Assembly: GCA_002633005.1 (NCBI GenBank)
Contig: NMRA01000066.1
Coordinates: 739,136-803,135 of the forward strand
Direction of reading: 5' to 3'
Length of the DNA: 64,000 nucleotides
From: Phoronis australis
Lineage: Eukaryota; Animalia; Phoronida
The position numbers were made by a program, and so were the translations under genes. The notes under the pieces were generated by a model. That model did no database searches. It had not been told where the DNA came from and saw only the letters and a program-made list of their open reading frames with translations. Below are positions 11,687 through 24,949 of the stretch, piece by piece. Numbering within the stretch: the stretch's first letter is position 1; every line of letters starts with the position of its first letter.

Positions 11687-13419
11687 TCAATGATAACTAC
11701 AGCTGCAGCACTGAACTTTGAACCATTTCCACCTGAAGACCGGTGGTTTTATCGGCTTGTTGTAGAGGCGGTGGCAGCGGACGCGAACTCGAACTGCCTT
11801 AGTCACCGTTCTGCATGTGCCGAATTTGTATCGGGTGCAATAGGCAAGGCAACGACGTCTGAAACATAAATTAAAGGCTCGGTAGGGCGATTCACAGACT
11901 AGGGAGCGTCACTCGAGTGTGGATGCTTGCTAGGAGATCACGTGCTTCGCGTGTAATGAATGCCGTTTTCCCGCGAAGACTTGCCAATCAAAATACTAAC
12001 CTTACTGAACGGACCCTAGACAACACTAAAATACAAAAAATCGAGGCACATCTCTGGAAACAACGTTTTCTAGTAATTATCTGTAACTATAGAGCTGGTT
12101 TTATCGTTTCATTACCGAGAAATGTGTAAAAAGTCAAACCAAAAGATGAATATCAAATAGAAAATGGGTTGAACTGCAACGCTTTGACACCATACGTAAT
12201 CAGATGATATCTTAAAACATAAGATTACGCAAAACAACTAGCATAATTAATTCTGGTCAGCACGTTCCAACCATATTTCTCAAGGAAAAGTCAATTGATT
12301 GCTAGCTGAAAAGAATTTGGTTGATTCTTTTTTCAATCCAGCGTCATCTGATAACAGCTGAAATCAGTCGAGCTTCTTTTTATCAAGTGTTACTGGGTTT
12401 TCGCTGTGTAACGCAAATTTCAAAATGAGTCGGACGCAGACCAAAACCTTCCATTTACTATATTTTTGACCGTATATGTACTAGTTGTTATTTTTCTTAC
12501 CCCGTATATCGGCATCTGGTCGTCAGCAACACGTTTGGAGAAGAGATGTAGCATTGGCTGTAACCTGAAGAGGCTGAATAGGGGCCATTCCGAAATCGGC
12601 GTACCACTGTGAAGCAATTGTTGCAGAAATCATGTTTAAGTCGTCGAGGACCACGTTTACTCTCGTCAACCTCCTCTTCGGTGCCATCGTATTGGCCTTC
12701 ATCGTTAGCCTTCTCCACTCCTTTCTCGACCTCCAGCGTTTCATCGTCATCCACAGGCTCGTCTACTCCTCTTTCAACCTCCAACATTTCTCTCTCATCG
12801 TCTGCTACTTGCGGTGCTTCCTCTGGTTGAATTTCCATGTCGTCTGCGTGCACGTGAACTACCAGCAGCAGACCCACAGAGAGCAGCAGCCACTGGAAGT
12901 AAAGTACATCACGGTCAAAAACAACTTTGGAAAACCTCTGTTTTGGTTCATTTTTCTGGCGGTACACTCTTTAATCAGCCGAGTATGCTTCCTTGTTACA
13001 AAAAATGAATGCATCATAAATTATGTCAACGGGATTTATTGCAGTTTGTGTTTTGCGATTTTGGCTTCACCTAATTACACATGTAGCACTGTTTCGATAC
13101 AAGCCATTATAAAACCCCATATTTTCAAATGCATGCTATGATTAGAAAAACTGATGCAAACTTTTTCAAAAGAAATTATTAAACATCAAACTGTGATTTG
13201 TCTGCTGTAAAACACTGTCTTAACCGTGGCGCCAAAATAAATTCAACCGATGTACAAGAATGCAAAGCGACTGAGATTAAAATGTTAACCATTCATGCAA
13301 CTAACGAAGTGTAATGCCGACCAAAAAGTCACATAAATTTCTAGTTACTTGCAAAAACGTTACTTTGAGAAACAAAAAAAACCTACTTTTTGTGCTTTCG
13401 CACTTACCATATGTTTCAT
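11687..13419 (-). CDS. Secreted Spaetzle/neurotrophin-like cystine-knot precursor, 191 aa, 3 coding exons (13419-13408, 12892-12501, 11858-11687)
   Basis: Exon 1 tcgccATG AAA CAT ATG|gtaagt; exon 2 ttccag|...gg|gtaag; exon 3 tttcag|...TGA. Phases match; 576 nt total. Protein: MKHMWLLLSVGLLLVVHVHA, acidic propeptide, SKR|GPRR, then LKHDFCNNCFTVVRRFRNGPYSASSGYSQCYISSPNVLLTTRCRYTGRRCLAYCTRYKFGTCRTVTKAVRVRVRCHRLYNKPIKPPVFRWKWFKVQCCSCSYH. TTRC, GTCRTVTKAV and WKWFKVQCCSC parallel NGF ETKC, SYCTTTHTFV and WRFIRIDTACVC, and the Spaetzle FKIPSCCKC end. Gene structure is more certain than the family. Confidence 0.85.
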
Positions 13420-13508
13420 GGCGAATTTGTGGAAAGATGGAGCGTCAATTCGTAAACTGTTGTGTTGCTCTGAGTAGAAGATTTGGGCAAAGTGATAAAG
13501 TGTTGGTA

Positions 13509-13516
13509 TTTATATA
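13509..13516 (-). promoter_or_regulatory. TATA box of the cystine-knot gene
   Basis: TATATAAA on the minus strand ~90 nt upstream of the inferred ATG. Confidence 0.55.
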
Positions 13517-16500
13517 ATTTTCATGCGACATAAGCATGACGTAAACAAATGACCCACATCTTTAAGGGCATCTCAAATCTGCCACAGCAATAAATTTACA
13601 GGCACAATAAATGTAATTTCACTCGACTGCCATTATACATGTACTTTAACATGATGGATTTTTACTGTAAATTTTAACGCAAATAGAATTCCCATTGCCT
13701 TTAATCTTAATGCGTTCTTGACAACATGTGTAATTTAAATAGACAAGATCAGTTTTACGAACGAAAACCTGGAAATATTTGGGTTATTGTTGGACGGGAA
13801 AGACTTCATGAAATTATTGTTTTCTGACCAGAGCTACAAAACAAAAAGCTTCGGTGTATTTTCGTGTTCGCCAATCCCACAGCTTTCTGCAAGACATTCG
13901 CTGAAGTCAAGGGCCCCAGTTAAATTAGCTTCCCATACGGGAAACCTATCAGGAGATCTCATACAGTAGATGTCGGTAGATAAGCGTCTCCAAAGTTCTT
14001 TTTTTATAATAAAGATAAAAACAAGCATTAATGGTAACCACCTGACGTACAAAATACAAGACACGAGAATAAAGTAATCTACCATTCATCACGTGATACT
14101 GGAATCCAACAGTGTTTAAGTACGCCCGCTGAGGGCCTGTATTCGATGTCACGTTTTGACTGGTCTCGTAAAATCACGTTTCTCATCGACATTGTCACTT
14201 TAACGTGCTAAAAAGTTTGTTCTTTTCATCATACTCATTCAGGTGTAAAAATTGAACATTCATACATTGATCGTGTAGCATAAAAAATTTTGAGGTGCAA
14301 TTTAAATCGTTAATGTGCTTTGCCTGGTAGCAACCGATTTTTATGACTTTAATGTTAGCGTCCCCTGTCAGGTGAATGAAAAATGCCACAGAAAACTGTT
14401 ATCCAAAAAATACTTGTTCATGTCGTTCGTACTTCAATTTGAAAAGCAATCCACAAAATGAGCAAACAGGTAATTTAACAAATCTTGCATCTTAAAACAT
14501 TTCTTTGTTCATACGGTTTTTTAATATTAATTTTATTTTTCATTTTAAAATTTATTTTATCTGTGAAATTGAAGTCTCCGTCTCAACGTGAACTGTGCTA
14601 CATTACAGACAGGGATGAAAGTCCTCACTTCATGTGGTCATACCAATAATCAAAAAGCATCAAATACATTTTAATTTGTGCCCAATCGGAATATCTCGAA
14701 TACTTCCGTAGCATCAACTCGGCGATGTCTCAGGGGTGTACCAGATGAGTCGAGTGTACTGCATCCTCTCAAAACCTGCAAATGTGCACGTATTTTGATT
14801 CAACGTCTCTGAGACGACGACTCTCCCTCATTACCATGACAATTTAACTGGAAATTGTCACGTTTTCACGATTAGGAGGTCGACAAGAGGGTCGTCGGGA
14901 TTTAAATGTTGCTTGATAGAAAATCTGGTGGAGAACGCGCGTTTAAAAAATGCTTAGTTCCCTATGTAACTAGACCCGGCTGTTAGTTTGATATTTTCCT
15001 GTTAGGCAGTAAAAATTATTATTTATTAACAAGGACATAATAATCGGTTGTGTTTGCTTTCTGCGTGATAGCGTTAAAGTACATGAACACCAAAATTAGA
15101 AAAATGCTGTAGAAATCTTGAGAAATGATGTTAAAGATATCAGTTTTAAATGTTCACGGTGATGCATTTCTTTTGATTGCAAACGATCTTAACGCTGTAA
15201 CTGGTAACACTTTCCATTACATTCAAAACGACTCATCAGTTTTTACCCTTAGATGACTGGTGTGATTCAGATACAAGTAACTATAACTTGTCATCTGAAG
15301 GCGAAGTAAAGATAATGAATGATAAAAATTAGTTTAAAAATCACAGTCACAAATGTGTTGCGAGATCAACGTTTAGGTATGTAACAGTAGTGCTTCAGAC
15401 GAAGCAGATGAGTTCTACTCTTCGTCTAATGATGCGTGAAGGTCGTGCTGTGGATTATCTTCTATCGTCATCTGATTCATTTGATTTTGTGTGAGACTTT
15501 AACGTGGAACGTGCAAGCTAATTTTCGCATTGCTGGGTAAAATAAGTTACTAGAAACAAAACACATAGCGACAATGTGAATATGAAGTAGGTTGAAAATT
15601 GCCAAAGGTTTTAAGAACGAGTTTTGTGTCGAAAATCATCCGTTGTAAATCATTCAATCGTATTCAGTAAGTGTCGTGACGCGGTGTTGGGAAATAAAAG
15701 CACAGTGATGTGGGTTATGTAAGCCCCCAAGGTACATGTACGTCATTAGTGCAAAGGTCACCTATTTGCAGATTTTTTGTTTTCACATTTACACGTTGTC
15801 AATGAAGAGAACTGCTCTTTGTGTAGGGTAGATGATATTCAAACAGCAGTGTCGTTTATATAGTTCTTGTTATATACATGTATTAGCATAGTTGCAAATA
15901 TGCATACATTTGGCAGTTTCGTAGTAAGATGATTATATTGATAATAGGGCAAATTATGATACGCATGAATATGATTAGGCTATTAAATGCAAGGCTGAAA
16001 AGCGCGTTCAATACTTATCAACAAGTTAGGCGAATGATAATATAATTTAACAAAAATGGATGGTTAGAATATTTTGAAAAAGAATGGCAAATCTTCACAA
16101 CCATATTCTAGCACAATATTTAGTATACGATATACGCAGGTTTCGTGTGTGCGTGTGCGTGAAACGTATGAATATGTCTCAGTCAGCTCTAGATGTACTA
16201 GTTACGATCGGTGATACATGTACATTTATATAATGACTTGTTTCCGTTGTGTAATCACTTACTGTGCTAGGACTTGTTTATAAACGCATGTATTTACGCA
16301 TGCGTAGGGGAAAGTTGCATGCTATACATGCGGATTATCCTCGTGCCTATGGCAACATTTCGTATAATGCTCTGTCAACTAATTTACAAAAACTGGAATT
16401 CAAGTATTGATGAAAAACATGAATTTGAGGAACAGAAAACGGGCATAACAACTCAAAATGGATTAAGAGACTTCTTCTGTAATAATGTTATACAGTGATG

Positions 16501-18441
16501 TGCACACAGCTCTGTTTTATTCAAAATGTGTGTGGACGCGTTTGTTGATTACTTACATTTTTAAATATCTACTTTGATGTAAATGAGAACTTATTACCTG
16601 AAATGTTGCTCTTTGCCTGTGACATGGTTGAGTGGGTATTTTAGCACCCAATTTAAAGCAACACATTAACATTTTGTTACCGTTACTTTCTTACAAGGCA
16701 TCAAATAGATCATAAAAATACCACATCATGAGTCCTCCCTTCGCCGCCTATCTGCAACGTACTATTTTCAAGAGCTCCACCTTGAGGTAATCCCTACCGA
16801 GGAATATTGAACCCAGCAAAAATCGTCAGACACTTCTCGGGATATTTCTCATTTTCTATTGGATGGTTTGTAACGCACTAACGATTGCATACACATAACA
16901 TCCTGATGAAGTTTACCGAAATTGTCGTTTTATATGAATACTGTGCTGGTTGGCGTATGAAAGTTTATAAAGTTATTATTTTGTTTTTTTTTTTAATGAC
17001 AAAATCAAAGTATTTAATATGCCACTACGTTAATCTGGACGCAAACAACAAAAAAATTGCCTCATCAAGCACAAAAATCTAGTTTTAAAATCAAATGAAT
17101 TCGTTCAAAATGTGGCCGATTGTTATCGAAGATTGCTCTTGAAATCTTTGTTAAACGGGTATGCCCAATGGTTATGGCAAAAAGGTTTGGACATTTAAAG
17201 GATATTCTAGAATCGAGTGTGTGCAATTGGAATTCTGAAAGCAGCAGTTGAGAGTTGGAAATAACTGTTCAAATCATGTTGTCTTGGGAAAACTGGGATG
17301 ATATCCAATTCATGTCAAATTGGTTGTTAAACTGTTATGGCTTTGGATTGGAATGGTACAATCTGGGAAATGGCTGCGAATTTTTTTAGCAGCAAATTAA
17401 TTTTTTTTTTGCCAGACTTGAACTTTGCTGGGAATTGACCTATCGCCAGGATTATGACGGACGGCTTAAGTGACCAATCAGAATGCAGCGTTTCCAAACC
17501 GCCATTTCACCCGACAAACCACACGCAGTCGAGTAAAACTTATGTTAGTCTATAGCTCAAGAAATTGTCCGCTAAGAATGGGGAAACGGTGTTGATATGG
17601 CGTGTGTAGAACCGACAGCCCTTATGCTGCTCCAGAATAATATCCCGAAAAATGATGTTGAAAGCGTTAACTATGGATCAAACTGTACGGCCACACGAAC
17701 AGCTAAACTTAGCTTGATAACTCGAAGGCTATTATAAACACAAATATATTACTTCCAAGATCCGCATTTTTCAGCTTGGTAGCTATGGTGCAGGGCTATC
17801 TCAGATTTTGACTCCCGAGTTGACTACGTCTAGCAGCCTTTGTCTCGGCACCTGCTGGATCTCAGCAATCTAGCGGTAGTCCCCAGAAATTGTTGTTTTC
17901 AAGGACATTTTATTTTATGTTTTTCTTATTTATTTCAACCTAATGGACATTATTTTGTTTCGTGTCAGGGGTGCATTTTTGTTATTCATAAACCGTAAGC
18001 TGGCGTTCAACTGAACTTCTCTCCCGCGGTCAAAGTTCAGAGATTCGATCGGAGCAGGGAAGGGCACTGGATTACTGCCGGATCTCAAAGCCTTGGTTGA
18101 ACTGTTGTCACTAAAAACAAACTGTTGAATTACTTCTTGACGTGTACCTCTAGTATACACTATTTCTGTAGAGTTATAGAGAGCTCATTTTGAAGTTGTT
18201 CAAACATGATATTTAGATTTATGAAGCTTTAAAAAAGAATTTGAATTATTTTTGTAAATACCCTATTTTTGCAACTACCACACCAGACTTGTAATCTTTT
18301 GTAACCATACCACGACTTAGTGATCATGCTACCTTCAAAATTAAATAAAAGCTACCTTTATGGAATGAAACTATAAAAAATGCCAAGTTAATAAGAAGGC
18401 AGGCCTAATATAAACGTCTTAATGGTGCAAACGGACAATTC

Positions 18442-18754
18442 CATAGGCGGATTTAGGGGGGGGGGGGAGGNCCCTTGGTTGCCGCAAGCAAAATGAAACA
18501 GCAAGAGCGTGAGGAAATATTAAGTTCAGTAACTAGGACCGGTAGCGGAAGAGGGGGGCTCAGACCCCAGATCGCGGGAGAATCGTGTTCCTGATTTTTT
18601 AGTCCACCGATAGATTTTCTGAACAGAAGGTCCAACGGTCTACATCCCTGGCCCCTGCAACTTTCGGGCCGCCTGTGCACATACAATAACACTTTGCCCA
18701 ATTCCACGAGGCAACATATGTTGGCCCCCCTGTGGTACCCTAGATCCGCCACTG
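18442..18754. mobile_element. GC-rich MITE
   Basis: Inverted ends CATAGGCGGATTTAGGG / CCCTAGATCCGCCACTG, flanked by direct repeat AATTC (18437-18441, 18755-18759). Confidence 0.7.
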
Positions 18755-20039
18755 AATTCCAGGCATTAATTTTACTTAGACACCGACAGCCCTAGACCTA
18801 CAGGAGCTAACTGTTTGGGCAGGACGAGATGAGTATGTACCTGAGCTATGAACCTGAATTTTTTTATCAAAATATTTCGTTACAAGATTAGAAAAGCGTA
18901 AACAGTGCTATCGAGTCGACCTAGTCAGACACTATAGTGCATGTGTTGTCTGTAGTCTATGACCTACTTGACTCCAGGAGTCCAACCAGTTGTGACTTAC
19001 TTTTCATTTGGCGAAATTTAGCAGACGACAGAAGAAAAATATCGGTGAATCTTCCCTGATTTTATTCGAAAGATCATGAAATCTATGGAATCGTACAGAT
19101 AATTCGACTTTAAGGTACATACCCAGCTTTACATAAACATATCGTATCAGTAGCCTTGTCATTTGTCAGGTGAAGGTGGCCCCGAGGCCGAGGGATTCTT
19201 CGGATTTTCGCTGGTTCCTCGAGCACTTATTTTTTCATCGTCACCTTTACAAATTCCCATATCATGAACGTACGATTCACTGTTGAAAGGCACCGCTTCT
19301 TGTCTCTGTCGACGCGTTTTCAAATAGTACAAAAACACTCATCGATTCCACTAGGAACGTCGTTTAGCGACAGTGTATTTGCCTCTGTCATCTTGTTCGA
19401 ATGTCGGATATCACGTGACTTTTCGCATAGGGGCGGAGCTTGCGATAGGTCAATTTTGAGCTCAGAACCCAGTGCTGACTCCTGAAATTGATTGTAGAAA
19501 TGGAATCCTATTTGTTGCTTGCATATTTTTGTGTCAGCTAGGACTAAATTACGTTGCTCTCATAACTTAATGATAGAGAAAGTTTGACCTACCCCTGAAG
19601 ATCGGTGGTATCTTGTGTGCTGTCTCTGTAAGTCGCATATTGAGTATGGATACCCTGATTTTGTTTGTGTTCGAACTGCAGTGTCAGAGCAACATTTATA
19701 CCTGAGTAGTGCAGACGTGAACCAACTAAGTAAAAATATAAAAGTTCATGAAAACTTCGAAATCAAAGGCTCAAATTAACCTCTTTTATGTTCACGCCAA
19801 TGTCCTCAGGGGAAAGGTTCTCAGTGCCGTTTTGTAATGTATCCTACAAGTGGCCCAATGTTTTAGATAATCAGGCTGAAAATGTAATGTCCAAGAACAC
19901 CAAACGTATTATACAGTACAATCAAAACCAACCCATGCCAAAATTGCCTGATCACCACAGGAAAAACATAATGTTGGAATTGGAAAACGTCTGCGACAAG
20001 TTACAAAACAATTCGATAAATTCATCATGTAAGCTGTAA

Positions 20040-20320
20040 TCAATTCTTCTCCGACTCTTTGCCAAGACTGTGGCATGCAGTAAAACAGGAATGTGCTAGA
20101 ATTAAATTCTGGCATTTTAAGTTGAACTATGACTTATTTGAAGGGCCACGACCAGAAATTAGAGCGGCACCTCCGCGGAAATTTCTTCGACTTAAACGAA
20201 AATCGTACTGGATATACGGTGCTTATGCAAGCGTTACGCTACTGGATAAGACAAAGGAATTATTGTTATTTCTCAAAACTTCCGCACAAACTTTTACACT
20301 TGGCACAATATCACTGATGT
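20040..20320 (+). pseudogene. Possible decayed Mutator-like transposase C-terminal fragment
   Basis: WHAVKQECARIKFWHF / YLKGHDQKLERHLRG / ELLLFLKTSAQ across frames loosely fit the MULE 'WH...W.F...L' tail. Weak. Confidence 0.25.
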
Positions 20321-22155
20321 TCCATCGCAAAACCAAAGGCAAAAAACAAATAGATAATGGATTATCCAACATACATGTAATGTTTTTCCCCAATCGTGAC
20401 TAAATGTATGGAAGTTAAATGGAAAATCGTAAAAACTTGAACAGCTCCGCATAATGGGTGGCTGTTAAAATTCCTAGTTCGTGCTAACTATCAAAAAAAT
20501 TCTGCTTAAATAAGTGTATTTATTCTGGTTCTCACGCAAGACCCCTAGTCTAAAGACACCCTGAACTGTTTTGAACTACTCTCAAGCAAACGGGGGCTTA
20601 ATTCCTTAACACCACCAACTGAATACAGGAGTCTTGTAGATTTGGTAAAACCTCAGCTGCCAAACTATCACACCATGGAACTGAAACAACACTCATAAGG
20701 GTAGGCAGGTTCGCATTGCATCACTAGTGAAAACAGTTTATTATTGAAAAAAACTTTTAATGTTAGCAAAATGACATAGGCAGGAATTTGAGGGGTGAGG
20801 CTTTGTTCTTCGGATCCTTTCGGGCGGGGCCCTCTATATTAACAAAGAAAGTTCCCCTCTTTTGACCCCTTCGCGCGGGGCTACGCTCTCCTCCCATTTA
20901 CAGATGATATTTGAGATAATTTACGTCACCTAGTTGCCATAATTACTGTTTTGTGTGTTTTTGGCGTCTCTAGTTTCCATCTATCAACCAAACCAATCAT
21001 ATGAAGATTGTTAAAATTGTCACAGATGTTCTTCCAGTGAAGATTGCGGCTAACGATGAATTTTCGACGACTAAAAGTTTTGTGGGGACTCCTAGTGGTA
21101 CTTGTGTTTGTTTTTGCCTCCATGGCTGTATTTACTATACGCTCTGGTGAATTAACTTAGCCAGTGTATTTATATGAAATTGACAACGGTCGACGACGAC
21201 TTTAGAACTGATTGGACTATTGGCATGGCAATTTTAGTTTTTGGGTTGACCTCTGTATCGCACACCGACGACATTTTGAAGGATCTGATTACCACTGTGC
21301 CCCTTAGTGGCATTTTTCGTTGTCCTCTGTATCTTTGAAGCTCCTTGGCAATTAGATTTCTAATTAAGAGGTGACAGGTTCCTGTTTTAGGATAGATTCG
21401 ATGATAGCAGTTGTTTTTATGATCACGAAATTTTGCAGGTAGCATTCTATTAAGAAAAAACGCCTTCTCATTTCTGCGCGGATTTGACGTATTATGTTCG
21501 AATTAGTGCCATCCATTTTAAACTGCTTGAAGGACATTATTAGTATTTGGGATGTGTTCCTGATCAGCAGACCGAGGCTGACTTTGGTTTTCGGACTTGT
21601 TCAACTACTCTGCCCCACCGTGACAATTTTATTGGCGCCCACGACTATATCTCCCGTACCCTTTGCAAGATCTTTCTGAAATGTAGCAGATGTGTTCCTA
21701 TGGAGCTGCCAATAGATAACTGCCAGTTTTATACCAATCCAGTTACAGCTGCGCTGCCTAGTGTACAGTTTATTTTTCTACACTTGCATATGTTACTTCA
21801 GAGTTCCTTTATACATTTTTATTATAAGAACGACAGCAGGTTTCTTTTTGTGGTGTGTCAGAGATTGACTGTGGGTTTGTTTAAAAGGTAGCTATGCTTT
21901 GAGATTGTGCGTAGTTGGACAGAAAATAATTAAATCCAGTAATTAATTTATTGTATGATAACCACTAATTAGACAAGTGAACCCTGCTGTTAATTAAGTA
22001 ATAAATTACAAAGAAGAGTTATTAAGCTAGCGTCCTCTTTAAAGATTACTTCAATCAATCAATCAAAATAATCAAATGTCTTATCTGCTATCCAAGCTGT
22101 AGGACTCTCCACTTGTTGAATGACAGTCCTGTTGGTGAATCTTCGAACACTGTAC

Positions 22156-22280
22156 TTGCTGGTCACAGTCTCTGGTGACGCAACACTTGCAGGCAGTTTC
22201 TTCTAATCACGATTCTTCTTGCTGGTCACAATCTCTGGTGATGACACACTTCAGGCAGTATCTTACTACCCACGATGCAG
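22156..22280 (+). repeat. Two-copy ~62-bp tandem repeat
   Basis: CTTGCTGGTCACARTCTCTGGTGA...ACACTT.CAGGCAGT occurs twice in tandem; a (TCAA)n tract lies nearby at ~22051-22064. Confidence 0.7.
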
Positions 22281-24949
22281 TGACAAGGTCTTACTTAACT
22301 TCCTGTTTTTTAACATTTGTCGTTGGCAAGATCCTCTTTAGAATCTTCCACGAGATGGCTCTGTTGTACAATTTCCTCTGTACACTGTAGCAAGTTTTTT
22401 TGCTTCAACTACTATAGCTTTCCTCAATATTGAACTGCTAATTTTCGGGAAGAATTGGAATATGCTATCTAAAACTTTCAAAGTGAGAATTTGAAAAACA
22501 TTATTGTTTCCCTCGTTGATTACCACCATATTGATGACGGTCAATTTCGCCCCTGATTGCTCAAAATAATCAGAAGCAGAAACTGAGAGGTTTGTTTGAA
22601 GATAAAGGCAGATTTTAATTAGTCAACCGGTCGAGTTGCCCTTACTCCATCGGAGATTGTGTCAACGTATTATTCTCTTTATGTCTAACTCTAGAGAAAC
22701 CCCCAAAAACGTTCCTACCCAAAGACCTCCTAGTTTATTCTCATTGAATGTGTTGAAAAAAAGTTTGGCAATTTCTGAGAGCACCTAAAGTATGAAATCA
22801 AAAAAATATTCAACATGACTCGTCACAAAGTTGGCTGAAACTTTTATTATCAGTCGATTCGTACCCACCTCAAACGACACCAACCACCAAAATACACTCA
22901 TTAACTTTTCCGTCTATTTTTTATACACCCATAAAAATTTTACTTGAAACGTGCAAACATTTTAGGATAACAATGACCTCTTTTGGCAAGAGCACAACAC
23001 CCTGTAGATTATTGACTGACATGCAATTCTGTGTAGGCAAGTATAATATGCATAGATGAGCCAAAAGTATAATTTTCTTCACTTTTTCATTGAAAATGTT
23101 CAAATTCAGCACGTTGAAAATTCGCAAAAATTCTCAATTTTTGAAAAGAAAATACTTACATTCTAAAATGTCGGTCCTAAAGATCAAACATGTTTCTGGA
23201 CCTTAAGGTCAGGTATATTCAGAGAAAAAAGATTACTGACAGCTTTTTTACTGAAATGATTGTCAAAAATCCATTTTCCAAGATCAGCGTGAAAATGAAA
23301 GCGAGGTCTGTATCAGAAAAATATAAAGTGATTTAGTGCATATCTAGGGGTAGACCAAGCCCCTATAAGGTTTCAGGAAAGTATGTGACGGTCGTTGTAG
23401 AACTACCCGTAGGTGCTCCCAGAAATTGCTACTGTTAAGTTAAAATTTGCTGGATGTAATCCTGAACTTTCTCAAAAGTTTGAAACCCAAGTGTCCAGTA
23501 AAAAAAAATGTCATGTCTTAAAAGACATGACATTTTTGTCTCTTATTGGATATTGACAAGTGAAGAAATCTGTTGGGGGAGGAACAAATTTGATGATTGA
23601 CACTTTGCTTGCACCGTGCAATTTTGATTGTTTTCCATTTTGTACTATATACGACAGCTTTTCCGCGATACAGGTTTTATTCCAAGCTAAATTAATAAAT
23701 TTCGATTTGTCCGTTTCATACATTATTGAATCCTTAATTCAAAAGAATTACTTATAAATAAGATATAACTCGCTTTAAATAGCACGTGTCAGACAATTTC
23801 ATAAAAATCACATGAATTATTCGTATTCAGCCTTAAGAGTGTCTCTATGGGCGTTACCCGTTTTGGGTACTGGCAACAGGCAACTGTTTCATCACCTGCG
23901 TCTGTATGTACATGTATAATCTCTGCCCCACTCTCTAAAACTGTTGTTAACGCTCGATAGACGAAGTGGTGTATGTATATGTCAGCCAGCATTATGGTCA
24001 CTAAAATGTTGATCATCATTATTTTTCTGGATGGAGTCAATTTTTAAATTACACTTAAAAGTGTAATTAAGTTATGATAATCATTCGTTTAAAAAGTGTA
24101 GAATACGCAATATTCAGTTGGACCTTATTTAAGACTAAAGTAAGAAAGCCCATTAGAGATATTTGTTCACACGTCCAAGATCTATCCTTAAACGTATATT
24201 CCATTGCCAAAACGGTGCAGTCTGGCTTGTACAAGTACTTGATTGACAATCACTTTCAACACTACAAAAAACGTCCTCCAGATTTATCTCCTCTTTCACG
24301 AAATAGATGCCATTAAACCATTTGTACAGTGTATGTTTTTTACTTGGAAGTCCTTATGTATGAGTCCCTTATCCCGTTATGCGTTTTCTCCTATTGCATG
24401 AGATCTGCCTGTTTTTGATGATAGAAATTTGTTTTTTGGTATGCAAGAACGTGTCACTTTTTTCGTGACCATTTGCAGGCCTTTAAGAAAAACATTAAAA
24501 AGTCATTAAGTGTATAAACTTAAGATTGGTAATTTTTGTATCAGAGCCACACCCTGATCACATACACGAATTTTAAGGTGATTCTGAAATAAGACACGTG
24601 TGATGTTTTGATTTCTTTCGATTTTCTTTTGGGGTGGGTCAATTAAGAGCTGCAACCAGGTTTAACACTGGTGAAGATGCAGACTTGCGCTATACGCATG
24701 TGATAAACCTTGCAGCAGAAAGACGCCGCAGTATGCATCACCACTTTTAGCTCGAACATATGAAATTTTCAGGTTTACACCGACATGGACACAAACTTAG
24801 ACTGCTACGTTTTGCAAGGTGTCCTTCGGACTACTAAGAATACGACTGATCGAGCTTGGCGACATCTTCGTAAACTTTACGGGCACGGCTGTGTTCCCCC
24901 TAAATCGGGGCTAAGTATGCACGTTAAGGTGTGCTCGTGCGTTGGGCAC

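Noticed and set aside
12893-12967. N-terminal 25 aa of the track ORF 12497-12967
   Set aside because: Intronic. An acceptor (ttccag) at 12893 and an upstream ATG exon at 13419-13408 give a proper signal peptide.
12632-13141. 169-aa hydrophobic plus-strand ORF
   Set aside because: Antisense shadow of the acidic propeptide exon; no independent support.
21170-21790. LINE ORF1 SGNH-esterase remnant on the minus strand
   Set aside because: Only vague motif resemblance across many stops and frameshifts.
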